Positions 1 to 8,384 of a DNA stretch of 22,138 nt are shown piece after piece. Where the stretch lies: positions 1-22,138 of the forward strand of contig CAYMFW010000070.1 of NCBI GenBank assembly GCA_964389785.1. Reading direction: 5' to 3'. Below the pieces are notes generated by a model. The model saw only the letters and a list, made by a program, of their open reading frames with translations, was not told the DNA's origin and did not search any database. Source of the DNA: an uncultured Planctomycetota bacterium (lineage in GTDB: Bacteria; Planctomycetota; CAYMFW01). Position numbers and translations under genes: made by a program. How positions within the stretch are numbered: position 1 is the stretch's first letter; each line of letters starts with the position of its first letter.

Positions 1-252
1 AAAGTCGACCGAATGTACAAGAAGAGCCTGATGGCTCTTCCGGGGGAAGAACGCATTCGAAAGGGGTGTTCGATGATCGACACCGCCGTTCAGATAGTCA
101 GGGATTCCATCGTCAATGAGAATCCCGGAATCTCTCCAGACGAGATCAGGGTTGCCGTGTTCCGTCGGTTGTATGGGAGGGATTTCAGCGAGAGAGAACA
201 AGCTGCGATCGAGGAGCGATGGAGACGCTCGTCGGAAGACGTGTCAGGCTGA
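1..252 (+). CDS. Hypothetical protein, 3' fragment. The frame is open from window position 1; the first ATG is at 13.
   Basis: Frame 1 is open from nt 1 to a TGA at 250-252. Composition and third-position GC look coding. No recognisable motif. It may instead be a complete 79-aa ORF starting at the ATG at 13. Confidence 0.4.
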   Translation, partial: KVDRMYKKSLMALPGEERIRKGCSMIDTAVQIVRDSIVNENPGISPDEIRVAVFRRLYGRDFSEREQAAIEERWRRSSEDVSG

Positions 253-296
253 CCCTCTCGCATTACCGTGTACGTGAGAGAAAAGGAGACAGTGCA

Positions 297-872
297 ATGG
301 AACTCAGGGATCTGCTGCTGAGGAACCGAAGCTATCGGAGGTTTCACGAGGAGAAGGCGATCGATCGGGAGACGCTGAAGGGGCTGGTGGACCTGGCGAG
401 ACTATCCGCGTCGGGGAGTAACGTGCAGCCGCTGAAATACTTCCTTTCGTGTGATGCGGAGACGAATGCCCGGATATTCCCCTGCCTGGCGTGGGCCGGC
501 TTCCTCACGGACTGGCCGGGGCCGGCGGAGGGGGAGCGGCCGTCCGGGTACATCGTGATACTGTGCGACACGGAGATATGCCAGTCGGCCGGGTGCGATC
601 ACGGCATCGCGGCGCAGAGCATACTGCTGGGAGCGGCGGAGAAGGGGCTGGGTGGGTGCATGGTCGGCTCGGTGAAGAGGGAGAAGCTCCGCGAGGCGCT
701 CGCGATACCGTCCCATCTCGAGATCCTTCTCGTAGTCGCGCTCGGCACGCCGAAGGAAAAGGTGGTGCTCGACGAGACCGGGCCGGACGGGGACATCAAG
801 TACTGGCGCGACGAAGAGGACGTTCACCACGTGCCGAAGCGGCCGTTGGAGGAGATCATCATCAGTTCCTGA
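297..872 (+). CDS. Nitroreductase-family protein (NAD(P)H-dependent FMN oxidoreductase)
   Basis: The translation MELRDLLLRNRSYRRF...GSNVQPLKYF...GIAAQSILLGAAEKGLGGCMVG is a typical nitroreductase fold signature. The internal Met at 297 has an AAGGAG RBS 8 nt upstream. The ORF-track start at 219 has no RBS and would add an atypical N-terminus. Confidence 0.8.
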   Translation: MELRDLLLRNRSYRRFHEEKAIDRETLKGLVDLARLSASGSNVQPLKYFLSCDAETNARIFPCLAWAGFLTDWPGPAEGERPSGYIVILCDTEICQSAGCDHGIAAQSILLGAAEKGLGGCMVGSVKREKLREALAIPSHLEILLVVALGTPKEKVVLDETGPDGDIKYWRDEEDVHHVPKRPLEEIIISS

Positions 873-938
873 CCCTTAGCTCAAAATCTTGAAGGGTTAG
901 ACTTGGGCTTCACAGGGGGTATTCTTCAATGACGTGGG

Positions 939-2798
939 TTGGTTGGTCGTCGCATACGGGGAGTACTGGTCACGTTGAACAGCCATCTTGACATCATCCG
1001 GAAGTACTGGGGGTACGAGACGCTTCGTCCCCTGCAGGGCGAGGCGATGGCGGCGGTCGCCGGGGGGCGGGACTCCATCGTGGTGCTGCCCACGGGCGGG
1101 GGGAAGTCGCTGTGCTTCCAGGCGCCTGTGATGGCCGGGAAGGGCATGGCGGTGGTCGTGTCGCCTCTCATCTCGCTCATGAAGGATCAGGTGGACGCGC
1201 TCAACGAGAACGGGGTGCCGGCCGCGCGGGTAGACAGCAGTATGAGCGCGGAAGAACAGAGGGCGACGCTGTCGAAGACGGGCAAGGGGGAGATCAAGCT
1301 GCTGTACCTGTCGCCGGAGCGGCTGCTCTCCGATTGGTTCCTGGGATTCCTCAGGGATACCGGTGTCCGGTACTTCGTCGTGGATGAGGCCCACTGCGTG
1401 AGCATGTGGGGGCATGACTTCCGGCCGGAGTACCGGGAGCTGAAGGCGCTTCGGAGTGTCTTCCCGGACGTCGCCATCCATGCGTACACCGCCACGGCCA
1501 CGGTGCCGGTCCGCGGCGATATCGCGGAGCAGCTTCGCCTGAAGAGCCCGAACGTGTTGGCGGGTTCGTTCGACCGGCCGAATCTGGTGTTCCGGACGCA
1601 GAGGCGCGCGAATCGCCTTCGGCAGGTGTGCGATGTGCTCGGACGGCACCGGAACGAGTCCGGCATCATATACTGTATCCGGCGCAGGGATGTCGATACG
1701 TTATGCGCGCAGCTCTGCGATCGCGGCTACAGGGCGCTTCCCTATCACGCCGGCATGGAGGACGAGGATCGCAGGAAGAACCAGGAGGCCTTCATCCAGG
1801 AGGACGTAGAGATCATCGTCGCCACCATCGCTTTCGGGATGGGTATCGACAAGTCCAACGTCCGGTTCGTCGTCCATACGGGCATGCCGAAGTCGGTGGA
1901 GCACTACCAGCAGGAGAGCGGGCGCGCCGGGCGGGACGGCCTGGAGGCCGAATGCGTTCTCTTCTACTCGGGAAGCGACTATCACATCTGGCAGCGTCTG
2001 TTGAGCGATATGCCGCCGGAGCCGCGAGAGATCGCGGTGGGGAAGCTGGGCGATATCTATGACTACTGCACGGGCGTCACCTGCAGGCACAAGCGCCTTC
2101 TGGAGTACTTCGGCGAGGAGTATCCCGGGAAGAGCTGCGAGGCCTGCGATATCTGCCTGGGCGAAGTGGACGTGATGGAAGATGCGTGCGTGACCGCTCA
2201 GAAGATACTCTCGTGCGTGGTTCGTCTCGGCGAGCGGTTCGGCGCGCACTACACCGCGGGCGTGCTGTCCGGTTCCCGGGAGGAACGCGTGCTGATCAAC
2301 GGCCACGACGAGCTGAGCACCTACGGGGTTCTCGGCGACTTCGCCAGACCGATTATCCGGAGCTGGATCGAACAGCTCTTCTCCCAGGGGTACCTCGCGA
2401 AGTCCGATGACGAATACGGCGTCCTGAGTGTCACGAGCGACGGAACGCGCGTCCTGAACGGGACGGACACGGAGGTGCGTTTGACCAGGACCTCGGAGAA
2501 GAAGGCGAAGGAGTCGCGGGCCGCGAAGGTCTCGTGGGCGGGGGTCGATCACGATCTCTTCGAGGTGCTTCGCAGGCTGCGGAAGCGCCTTGCGGACAAG
2601 TCCCGTCGGCCCGCGTATCATATCTTCAGCGACAGGACTCTGCGGGACATGGCTGCGAGGGTTCCCACCACCCGGGACGAATTTCTCGAGGTGCACGGCG
2701 TCGGCGAGCACAAGGCCGGGCGGTACTGTGCGATCTTCACTGACGCGATCAGGGAATGGCTCACGGGGAACCGGACGGGTGCGGACGAGGAGCGGTGA
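939..2798 (+). CDS. recQ: ATP-dependent DNA helicase RecQ
   Basis: RecQ motifs read directly from the translation: FGYETLRPLQGEA, Walker A PTGGGKS, DEAH-box VVDEAHCVSMWGHDFRPEY, motif VI QESGRAGRDG, a Zn-binding Cys cluster (CRHKRLLEYFGEE...CEACDIC), and a C-terminal HRDC-like segment. The start is uncertain: TTG at 939 or TTG at about 972, after a GGGGAG. Confidence 0.9.
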   Translation: MVGRRIRGVLVTLNSHLDIIRKYWGYETLRPLQGEAMAAVAGGRDSIVVLPTGGGKSLCFQAPVMAGKGMAVVVSPLISLMKDQVDALNENGVPAARVDSSMSAEEQRATLSKTGKGEIKLLYLSPERLLSDWFLGFLRDTGVRYFVVDEAHCVSMWGHDFRPEYRELKALRSVFPDVAIHAYTATATVPVRGDIAEQLRLKSPNVLAGSFDRPNLVFRTQRRANRLRQVCDVLGRHRNESGIIYCIRRRDVDTLCAQLCDRGYRALPYHAGMEDEDRRKNQEAFIQEDVEIIVATIAFGMGIDKSNVRFVVHTGMPKSVEHYQQESGRAGRDGLEAECVLFYSGSDYHIWQRLLSDMPPEPREIAVGKLGDIYDYCTGVTCRHKRLLEYFGEEYPGKSCEACDICLGEVDVMEDACVTAQKILSCVVRLGERFGAHYTAGVLSGSREERVLINGHDELSTYGVLGDFARPIIRSWIEQLFSQGYLAKSDDEYGVLSVTSDGTRVLNGTDTEVRLTRTSEKKAKESRAAKVSWAGVDHDLFEVLRRLRKRLADKSRRPAYHIFSDRTLRDMAARVPTTRDEFLEVHGVGEHKAGRYCAIFTDAIREWLTGNRTGADEER

Positions 2799-2958
2799 AG
2801 AAGACGCTCTTCTCGTTCGGGAAGCCCTGCTCCACCAGCCTGGCCAGCTCGGGCCCGAGCGTTCCGCACGCCAGCTCCGATTGACAGGCGTGATGGTTCT
2901 TCAGGAACCATTCTTCATACTCTTCGTGGTGCTCGTCGCAAGGGAGTGTTCTGGCCAT
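2761..2958 (-). CDS. Small Cys/His-rich hypothetical protein (65 aa), possibly co-transcribed downstream of the ferredoxin
   Basis: ATG-initiated ORF MARTLPCDEHHEEYEEWFLKNHHACQSELACGTLGPEL... with high third-position GC. It lies 29 nt downstream of the ferredoxin stop. There is no strong SD. Its 3' end overlaps the RecQ 3' end convergently by about 38 nt. Confidence 0.3.
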   Translation of the reverse strand: MARTLPCDEHHEEYEEWFLKNHHACQSELACGTLGPELARLVEQGFPNEKSVFFTAPRPHPSGSP

Positions 2959-2989
2959 CTTTGGTCTTACCGGATCATCAACGCTTCCC

Positions 2990-3340
2990 TCACAATTCCT
3001 TGCTCAGTGCATTCAGCCGTTCGATTGTCTGTTCCGCCACCTTTATTTCCTTGTTGAAGTAGCGCTTCATACGGTCGATGAGCCCCTGCCTTGTCTCCGA
3101 TGTGTCGAAATGCTGGAGCAGGCGCCTCGTCCACTCCATGTTGGCCTCTATCTCCTGTGGGATTTTCTCGCTGTCGTGCCGCACGGCCTCTTCCGGGCAT
3201 ACGTCGTGACATCTGCCGCAACGTACGCATTCATCGTCGTTTATCCGGGCCTTCTCATCCGAAATCGAGATCGCATCCACCGGACACTCTTCCACACAGA
3301 CTGCACAGCCAACACACGTTTCTTCGTTCACCCAGGGCAT
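2990..3340 (-). CDS. 2x[4Fe-4S] ferredoxin with a C-terminal helical extension
   Basis: Two cluster motifs, CVGCAVCVEECP and CVRCGRCHDVCP. Start at MPWVNEE with a perfect AGGAGG RBS 5-6 nt upstream. The longer ORF-track start (TTG at 3433) lacks an RBS. Confidence 0.85.
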   Translation of the reverse strand: MPWVNEETCVGCAVCVEECPVDAISISDEKARINDDECVRCGRCHDVCPEEAVRHDSEKIPQEIEANMEWTRRLLQHFDTSETRQGLIDRMKRYFNKEIKVAEQTIERLNALSKEL

Positions 3341-3395
3341 AGGACCTCCTTCCGGTCGGGTATTGCGAGGGCGTGAACCGCTCGGAACGGATCGC

Positions 3396-3423
3396 TTGCA
3401 ATCCGTACGACCCATAGTATAAT
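3396..3423 (+). promoter_or_regulatory. Sigma-70-type promoter candidate, TTGCAA-N16-TATAAT, upstream of the FkbM/URO-D operon
   Basis: Read directly: cgcTTGCAAtccgtacgacccatagTATAATgttcgaac. The -35 lies inside the palindrome ACGGATcgcttgcaATCCGT. The gene start is about 97 nt downstream. Confidence 0.45.
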
Positions 3424-3519
3424 GTTCGAACAATAGAAGATCAAGGGAGCGCCGGGGGATCGCTTGCCTGTCACTGTGGCGGAGTCGGGACCATCGGTTT
3501 CAGATCAGGGTGAGGCGGT

Positions 3520-4188
3520 ATGAGCGAATTCGTCTTCGACGCGGCATTTCGCCGCGAGCTGCAGGGGGATGCGCATCACTACGGCGAGGTGACGTTTCTG
3601 GAATCCGTCCTTCGCCCCGGCATGACGGTTATCGAAGGAGGGGCGAACCGCGGGGTGACGGCCGTTGCCATCGCCGGTGCCGTGGGGAGCAAGGGCTACG
3701 TGTACGCCTTCGAACCGGTGACGGAGTATTTCTCGTCACTTCAGGAGAACATTTCAAGGAACGGCATCGGGAATATCAGCGCGTACAATCTGGCCCTGAG
3801 CGACAGGACCGGCCCCATCCGATTCTACAAGCATGGCGAGGGCAGCGGGGTGACACCGGCAGATGATGCCGAGGAGACCCGGGTGGATGCGACCACGATT
3901 CCCGCGTTTCTGGAGGCTCACGGGACCCCGAATTTGGATTTCATCAATCTGGACTGTGAAGGCAGCGAATTGCTCGTCTTTCGAAGCGCGCGAGCCGTGT
4001 TGAAGAAACAGGCTCCGTCGATTTTCTGTGAGGTGCACCGTGACTACCTGAAGGCGCTGGATCAGTCCGTGGAGGACGTAGCGGGGTTCCTCACGGATCT
4101 CGGCTACCGTGTCAAGCCCGTACAGGTGGAAGACCTGGGCACCCCTTCCGATTTCCCCGGGTGCTCGCACCTCTATGCTTCGATGTAA
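3520..4188 (+). CDS. FkbM-family SAM-dependent methyltransferase
   Basis: Motifs IEGGANRGVTAV (GANxG), YAFEP, and the FkbM-type FINLDCEGSELLVF. RBS GGTGAGGCGGT precedes the ATG. Confidence 0.8.
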   Translation: MSEFVFDAAFRRELQGDAHHYGEVTFLESVLRPGMTVIEGGANRGVTAVAIAGAVGSKGYVYAFEPVTEYFSSLQENISRNGIGNISAYNLALSDRTGPIRFYKHGEGSGVTPADDAEETRVDATTIPAFLEAHGTPNLDFINLDCEGSELLVFRSARAVLKKQAPSIFCEVHRDYLKALDQSVEDVAGFLTDLGYRVKPVQVEDLGTPSDFPGCSHLYASM

Positions 4189-4295
4189 CGCGCAGGCATC
4201 CGGGACTTGACATCCACCGGATGACATACGAAACTTGGAGACTCCTGCTCGCACAGGGAGGATGCCGCGAACCGGGACCCGTTGAGGATGGAGAC

Positions 4296-5381
4296 ATGCG
4301 AATAGGATACGCAGGGAAGAACAGAGCAGCGGTCAATTATCTCAAGGCGATGTATTTCGACCGTCCGGATTGGACCCCCTTCAATGTGGGGATCATGCCC
4401 GCGACATGGATGAAGTACCGGGAGGACCTGGAGGAGATCGTTCTCTCCCACCCTCGCGCCTTTCCGCATTACACGAAGGGGTCCGTGGATTTCGATTTCG
4501 AACACTTCCCGAATCCGCTGTACGAATCGGGCGAACATACCGATTGCTGGGGGATCGTGTGGAATAACATCGAGAGGGGGCTCGACAGCCAGCCCGTCGG
4601 GTTCCCCCTGAACGACTGGGGCAATCTGGAGGAATATACGCCGCCGGACCCCCTCGAAGACGGCATGTGGGGCCCGCGGGACTGGGACGAGGTCCGGCGC
4701 AGATTCGATCGGGAGAAATCGCGCGGCGATATCATCATGGGCGGCGGGCTGCCCCACGGTTTCATGTACATGACACTCTACTATCTCAGAGGCTTCGAGA
4801 ACCTGATGATGGACATTGCGTCGGATGACCCGAGACTGCAGGAATTGATAGAAATGGTCGAGAGCTACAACCGCGCCGTCATCGACAGGTACGTTGAGCT
4901 AGGAACGGAGATGATGGGCTTCGGTGAGGATCTGGGCCTTCAGAACTCCCTGCCCATGAGCCCGGCGGCCTGGCGGAAGTACATAAAACCCTCGTACATG
5001 AGGATGTTCGAACCGTGCCGGGAGGGGGATGTACCCATCCGTCTGCATACCGACGGTCATATTCTGGAGATCATCGCCGATCTGATCGAGGCCGGGGTAA
5101 CAGTGTTGAACCCGCAGTTCCGCTCGAATGGATTAGACGGCCTGAAGGAAGCGGCAAAAGGCAGGGTCGCTCTGCATCAGGATCTGGATCGTCAGTTCTT
5201 TCCGTTCGCGAGCCCCTCCGAGATCGAGGACCACATCGGCCTGGTGTTCGAAGAGCTGCACCTGCTCGAGGGCGGATTGATGCTCTACGCCGAGTGCGAG
5301 CCGGATGTGCCCCTGGATAACATCGATGCCATCTGCACGGCCCTGGAAAGGGTGTGCAATCCGCCCGACAAGGCGGACTGA
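4296..5381 (+). CDS. Uroporphyrinogen decarboxylase (URO-D)/MtaA-like family protein
   Basis: The C-terminal half matches the URO-D/MtaA TIM-barrel signature: ...MGFGEDLGLQNSLPMSPAAWRKYIKP...IRLHTDGHILEIIADLIEAGVTVLNPQ. Start chosen at MRIGYAGK, with a GAGGATGGAG RBS upstream. The ORF-track start at 4161 overlaps the FkbM gene and lacks an RBS. Confidence 0.75.
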   Translation: MRIGYAGKNRAAVNYLKAMYFDRPDWTPFNVGIMPATWMKYREDLEEIVLSHPRAFPHYTKGSVDFDFEHFPNPLYESGEHTDCWGIVWNNIERGLDSQPVGFPLNDWGNLEEYTPPDPLEDGMWGPRDWDEVRRRFDREKSRGDIIMGGGLPHGFMYMTLYYLRGFENLMMDIASDDPRLQELIEMVESYNRAVIDRYVELGTEMMGFGEDLGLQNSLPMSPAAWRKYIKPSYMRMFEPCREGDVPIRLHTDGHILEIIADLIEAGVTVLNPQFRSNGLDGLKEAAKGRVALHQDLDRQFFPFASPSEIEDHIGLVFEELHLLEGGLMLYAECEPDVPLDNIDAICTALERVCNPPDKAD

Positions 5382-5386
5382 ATCCG

Positions 5387-6409
5387 CTACCGTTCGCGGG
5401 ACATGCGGCCCGCCTCCTCGGCGTATTCTTCGAACAGGCGGAGAAAGAGCCGGTACTCGTCGAGAGAGACCCCCGGCGGCGTCTGGTGGTCCACGCTGAT
5501 GATGAGCCCTCCCCCGGCAGCGGTCGGAAGAAGCTGTTCAAACTCGGCCCGCATGGCTTCCTCTCCCCGGTTCATGCTCATCTTGTCGAAACAGCCGATG
5601 AACTGCATCTTCGGGTGCAGATTGCGCAGTCTGCCGACATCGACTCCGGACTGACGCTCCAGGGGCAGTATGCCTTCCACTCCCGCGTCTTCGAACCATG
5701 CGGCGGGTTCCGTGATATTCCCGTCCGAGTCCACGATGGGGATGATTCCGTGTTCCTTGAGTCTCGGGACAACTCTCCGGTAGTAGGGAAGCATGAATTC
5801 GTCGAAAAGCTGCCTGGACAGCATGGGGCCGTGGTTGTAGCTCATGTCTTCGGCAAAGGTCATGAAGTCGGGAGCGCAGTAGGAGGTAACCTGGTCTATG
5901 ATCTTCAGCTGCCATTCGGCCATGTCGGAGTTGATCCGGTGCATGAGCTCCGGCTGGTCGTAGAACGCGTAGAAATGAGGCTCGACTCCGAAGAGTTCTC
6001 TCGGGAACCAGAAGAACCCCTCCACGGTGAACCAGACAACGGCGCCGTTTTTCTGCTCTTCGCCCAGGCGTTCCCATCCCTCGGCCGCCACCGCGTCTTC
6101 CGGAAACAGATAGGGGCGAAGCTTCTCGTAGTCGTCCATGGTCTTGATCAGGCCGCGCTGACGCTCCTCTCGCGAGCGCGGCCAGTCGTATCCCGGTTTT
6201 CTCCAGCCGAACCACTTCTGCGTGTAGACCTCCATCCCCAGGTACCGGGATACGTCGTCGGAGTTCTTGATATCCGCCGGGAGGCCTTCTTCGTGCCACC
6301 GGTCCACCGTGAGCTGCCAGCGCGTGGCCCATTCCACGATGGGCAGGCGGTCGAAGGGCTGGAAATTCATCACCGCGTGAAAACGCCGGCGGGACGTCAT
6401 GGCGTTCAT
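5387..6409 (-). CDS. Uroporphyrinogen decarboxylase (URO-D)/MtaA-like family protein, paralog of 4296..5381
   Basis: Same family signatures: DRLPIVEW..., MTFAEDMSYNHGPMLSRQLFDEFMLPYYRRVVP, IVDSDGNITEPAAWFEDAGVEGILPLE. Start at MNAMTSRR with AAAGGA 9 nt upstream. Convergent with the first URO-D gene; the stops are 5 nt apart. Confidence 0.8.
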   Translation of the reverse strand: MNAMTSRRRFHAVMNFQPFDRLPIVEWATRWQLTVDRWHEEGLPADIKNSDDVSRYLGMEVYTQKWFGWRKPGYDWPRSREERQRGLIKTMDDYEKLRPYLFPEDAVAAEGWERLGEEQKNGAVVWFTVEGFFWFPRELFGVEPHFYAFYDQPELMHRINSDMAEWQLKIIDQVTSYCAPDFMTFAEDMSYNHGPMLSRQLFDEFMLPYYRRVVPRLKEHGIIPIVDSDGNITEPAAWFEDAGVEGILPLERQSGVDVGRLRNLHPKMQFIGCFDKMSMNRGEEAMRAEFEQLLPTAAGGGLIISVDHQTPPGVSLDEYRLFLRLFEEYAEEAGRMSRER

Positions 6410-6464
6410 TCCCGGTTGTCCTTTGATACGAGCGGGTTTCGTTCTGGGTTTCGAACCATCGAAC

Positions 6465-6492
6465 ATTATATTGCCTGCGGGATGGGGTGCAA
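6465..6492 (-). promoter_or_regulatory. Sigma-70-type promoter candidate for the second URO-D gene (minus strand), TTGCAC-N16-TATAAT
   Basis: The reverse complement reads acTTGCACcccatcccgcaggcaaTATAATgttcgatggttcgaaac. It shares the extended TATAATGTTCGA with the FkbM promoter at 3418-3429. Confidence 0.45.
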
Positions 6493-6556
6493 GTAACAGT
6501 CTGAAACAGGAAGCAATCTCTATCTCGCACTGAGCAGGACATCGGCTCGGGAGTGT

Positions 6557-6586
6557 TTGACATGCCGGCCATTTCCCTCATAATAC
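6557..6586 (+). promoter_or_regulatory. Sigma-70-type promoter candidate for the ABC exporter, TTGACA-N16-CATAAT
   Basis: gagtgTTTGACAtgccggccatttccctCATAATactg has a perfect -35. A GGAAAGGAG SD lies at about 6607-6615, then a GTG start at 6632. Confidence 0.5.
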
Positions 6587-6631
6587 TGTTTCCTTCATTC
6601 AAATCGGGAAAGGAGACCCACGCTGTCGAAG

Positions 6632-8374
6632 GTGAAGGAGCATCAGGGGACCGGATCCATAGTCCGCCGCTTCACGCGCTATTACCGGCCGCACCGGGGG
6701 CTGTTCGTGCTGGACATGTCCATGGCCGCCGCCCGGGCGGGGATGGGGGTGATGATCCCCGTCCTGGTGCGCGCCATCCTCAAGGATTACCTGCCGGCGC
6801 ATGACCTGAAGGCGACCATCGTCGCCATCGGCGGTATCATGGTGCTTACGTTCCTCTCGTGCGCGGCCGCGTACGTGAACACCCGGTGGGGCCACGTGCT
6901 GGGCACGCGGATGGAGACGGACATGCGCTCCGACCTGTTCGGCCACCTGCAGAAGCTGTCGTTCAGCTACTTCGACCGGACAAAGACGGGCCACATCATG
7001 TCGCGGATCTCGAACGACCTGTTCACCATCTCGGAGACGGCCCATCACCTGCCGGAGGAGCTGTTCACGTCCGTGTGCATGACGATCGGGGCATTCTTTT
7101 TCATGTTCAGGTTCAACCCGCCTCTCGCCGTTGTGTCCCTGATTCCGCTGCCGCTCATGGTGATGTGGGGCATGATATACCGGTCGAGGATGAGGAACAG
7201 CTTCCGGCGGGTGCGGGAGCGTATCGCGGACATCAACAGCAACGTGGAGAACGCCATCCAGGGGATACGGGAGGTGAAGGCGTTCACCAACGAAGACTAC
7301 GAGATCGAGAAGTTCTACGAAGTGAACAGGGAGTTCCGGTCCGCGAAGGAGGGGATGTACCGCACGATGGCCGGCTTCCACGCGGGGATGCTGTTCCTGG
7401 TGGATTCGTACTTCCTGGTGGTGATAGGCGGCGGCGCGCTGCTGATGCACTTCGGGAGGATCGATCTGGCGGACGTGGTGACGTTCCTCATCTACGCCCG
7501 CTTCATGGTGCGGCCGATCCGGCAGATGGTGGGCTTCATAGAGCAGTACCAGGAGGGGGCGGCGGCGTTCGAGAGGTTCACGGAGATCATGGACGTGGAG
7601 CCGGACATCACCGACCGTCCCAGCGCGGTCCGGCTGGAGGGTATCCGGGGCGATATCACGTTCGACCACGTGTGGTTCAAGTACGACGGCTCACCGGACT
7701 GGGTGCTGAGGAACGTGAATATCCGTATCGAGAAGGGACGCAGGGTTGCCCTGGTGGGTGAGTCGGGGGCGGGAAAGAGCACGCTGGCTTCGCTGGTGCC
7801 CCGCTTCTACGAGGCGCAGAAGGGGAGGCTGCTGATCGACGGGCACGACGTGACGGGTTTGCAGAGGCGCTCCCTGCGCGAGGGCGTCGGGCTGGTACAG
7901 CAGACGGTGTTCCTGTTCGACTCGACGATTCGGGAGAACATCATGTTCGGGCGGCCGGAGGCGTCTGAGGAGGAGGTGATGGAGGCGGCGCGCAGGGCGC
8001 ATATCCTCCCCTTCATCGAATCCCTCCCCGACGGGCTGGACAGCCTGGTGGGGGAGCACGGGGTGAAGCTGTCGGGGGGGCAGAGGCAGAGAGTGAGCAT
8101 CGCCCGGGTGTTCCTGAAGGACCCGCCGATACTGATATTCGACGAGGCCACGTCGTCGCTCGACTCCGAGTCGGAGGGCCTGATACGCGCGGCGATGGAG
8201 GAGCTGTGCCGCGACCGGACGACGATCATCATCGCGCACCGCCTCTCCACCGTGCAGTGGGTGGATCACACGTACGTCGTCATGAACGGAAGCGTGGTGG
8301 AGGAGGGCTCTCACGAGGAGCTTCTGGCCGGGCGGGGGCACTACCACGCGCTGTACGAGAGTTCGCTGTTCTGA
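6632..8374 (+). CDS. ABC transporter, fused permease/ATP-binding protein (MsbA/ABCB-type exporter)
   Basis: Hydrophobic N-terminal half with six predicted TM segments, then an NBD with Walker A LVGESGAGKST, Q-loop, signature LSGGQRQRVSIARV, Walker B ILIFDEATSSLD and H-loop IIIAHRLST. GTG start. An ATG start would truncate TM1. Confidence 0.85.
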   Translation: MKEHQGTGSIVRRFTRYYRPHRGLFVLDMSMAAARAGMGVMIPVLVRAILKDYLPAHDLKATIVAIGGIMVLTFLSCAAAYVNTRWGHVLGTRMETDMRSDLFGHLQKLSFSYFDRTKTGHIMSRISNDLFTISETAHHLPEELFTSVCMTIGAFFFMFRFNPPLAVVSLIPLPLMVMWGMIYRSRMRNSFRRVRERIADINSNVENAIQGIREVKAFTNEDYEIEKFYEVNREFRSAKEGMYRTMAGFHAGMLFLVDSYFLVVIGGGALLMHFGRIDLADVVTFLIYARFMVRPIRQMVGFIEQYQEGAAAFERFTEIMDVEPDITDRPSAVRLEGIRGDITFDHVWFKYDGSPDWVLRNVNIRIEKGRRVALVGESGAGKSTLASLVPRFYEAQKGRLLIDGHDVTGLQRRSLREGVGLVQQTVFLFDSTIRENIMFGRPEASEEEVMEAARRAHILPFIESLPDGLDSLVGEHGVKLSGGQRQRVSIARVFLKDPPILIFDEATSSLDSESEGLIRAAMEELCRDRTTIIIAHRLSTVQWVDHTYVVMNGSVVEEGSHEELLAGRGHYHALYESSLF

Positions 8375-8384
8375 GGGGTTCGGG

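Noticed and set aside
866-897. Hairpin ACCCTT-N14-AAGGGT after the nitroreductase stop
   Set aside because: Weak AT-rich stem with a large loop and no T-tract. Not convincing as a terminator.
897-2711. ORFs 897..1649 (-), 1187..1669 (-) and 1701..2711 (-), antisense to recQ
   Set aside because: Shadow ORFs. The RecQ frame carries all the helicase motifs.
3433-3433. Longer ferredoxin ORF starting at TTG 3433 (147 aa)
   Set aside because: The N-terminal 31 residues are low-complexity and there is no RBS. The internal ATG at 3340 has a perfect AGGAGG and begins exactly at the ferredoxin fold.
5354-7669. Long ORFs at 5354..6496 (+), 5538..6602 (-), 6599..7669 (-) and 6859..7761 (+)
   Set aside because: They overlap the URO-D and ABC-transporter genes in alternative frames. 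The composition is Arg/His/Pro/Gly-rich and has no domain signatures.
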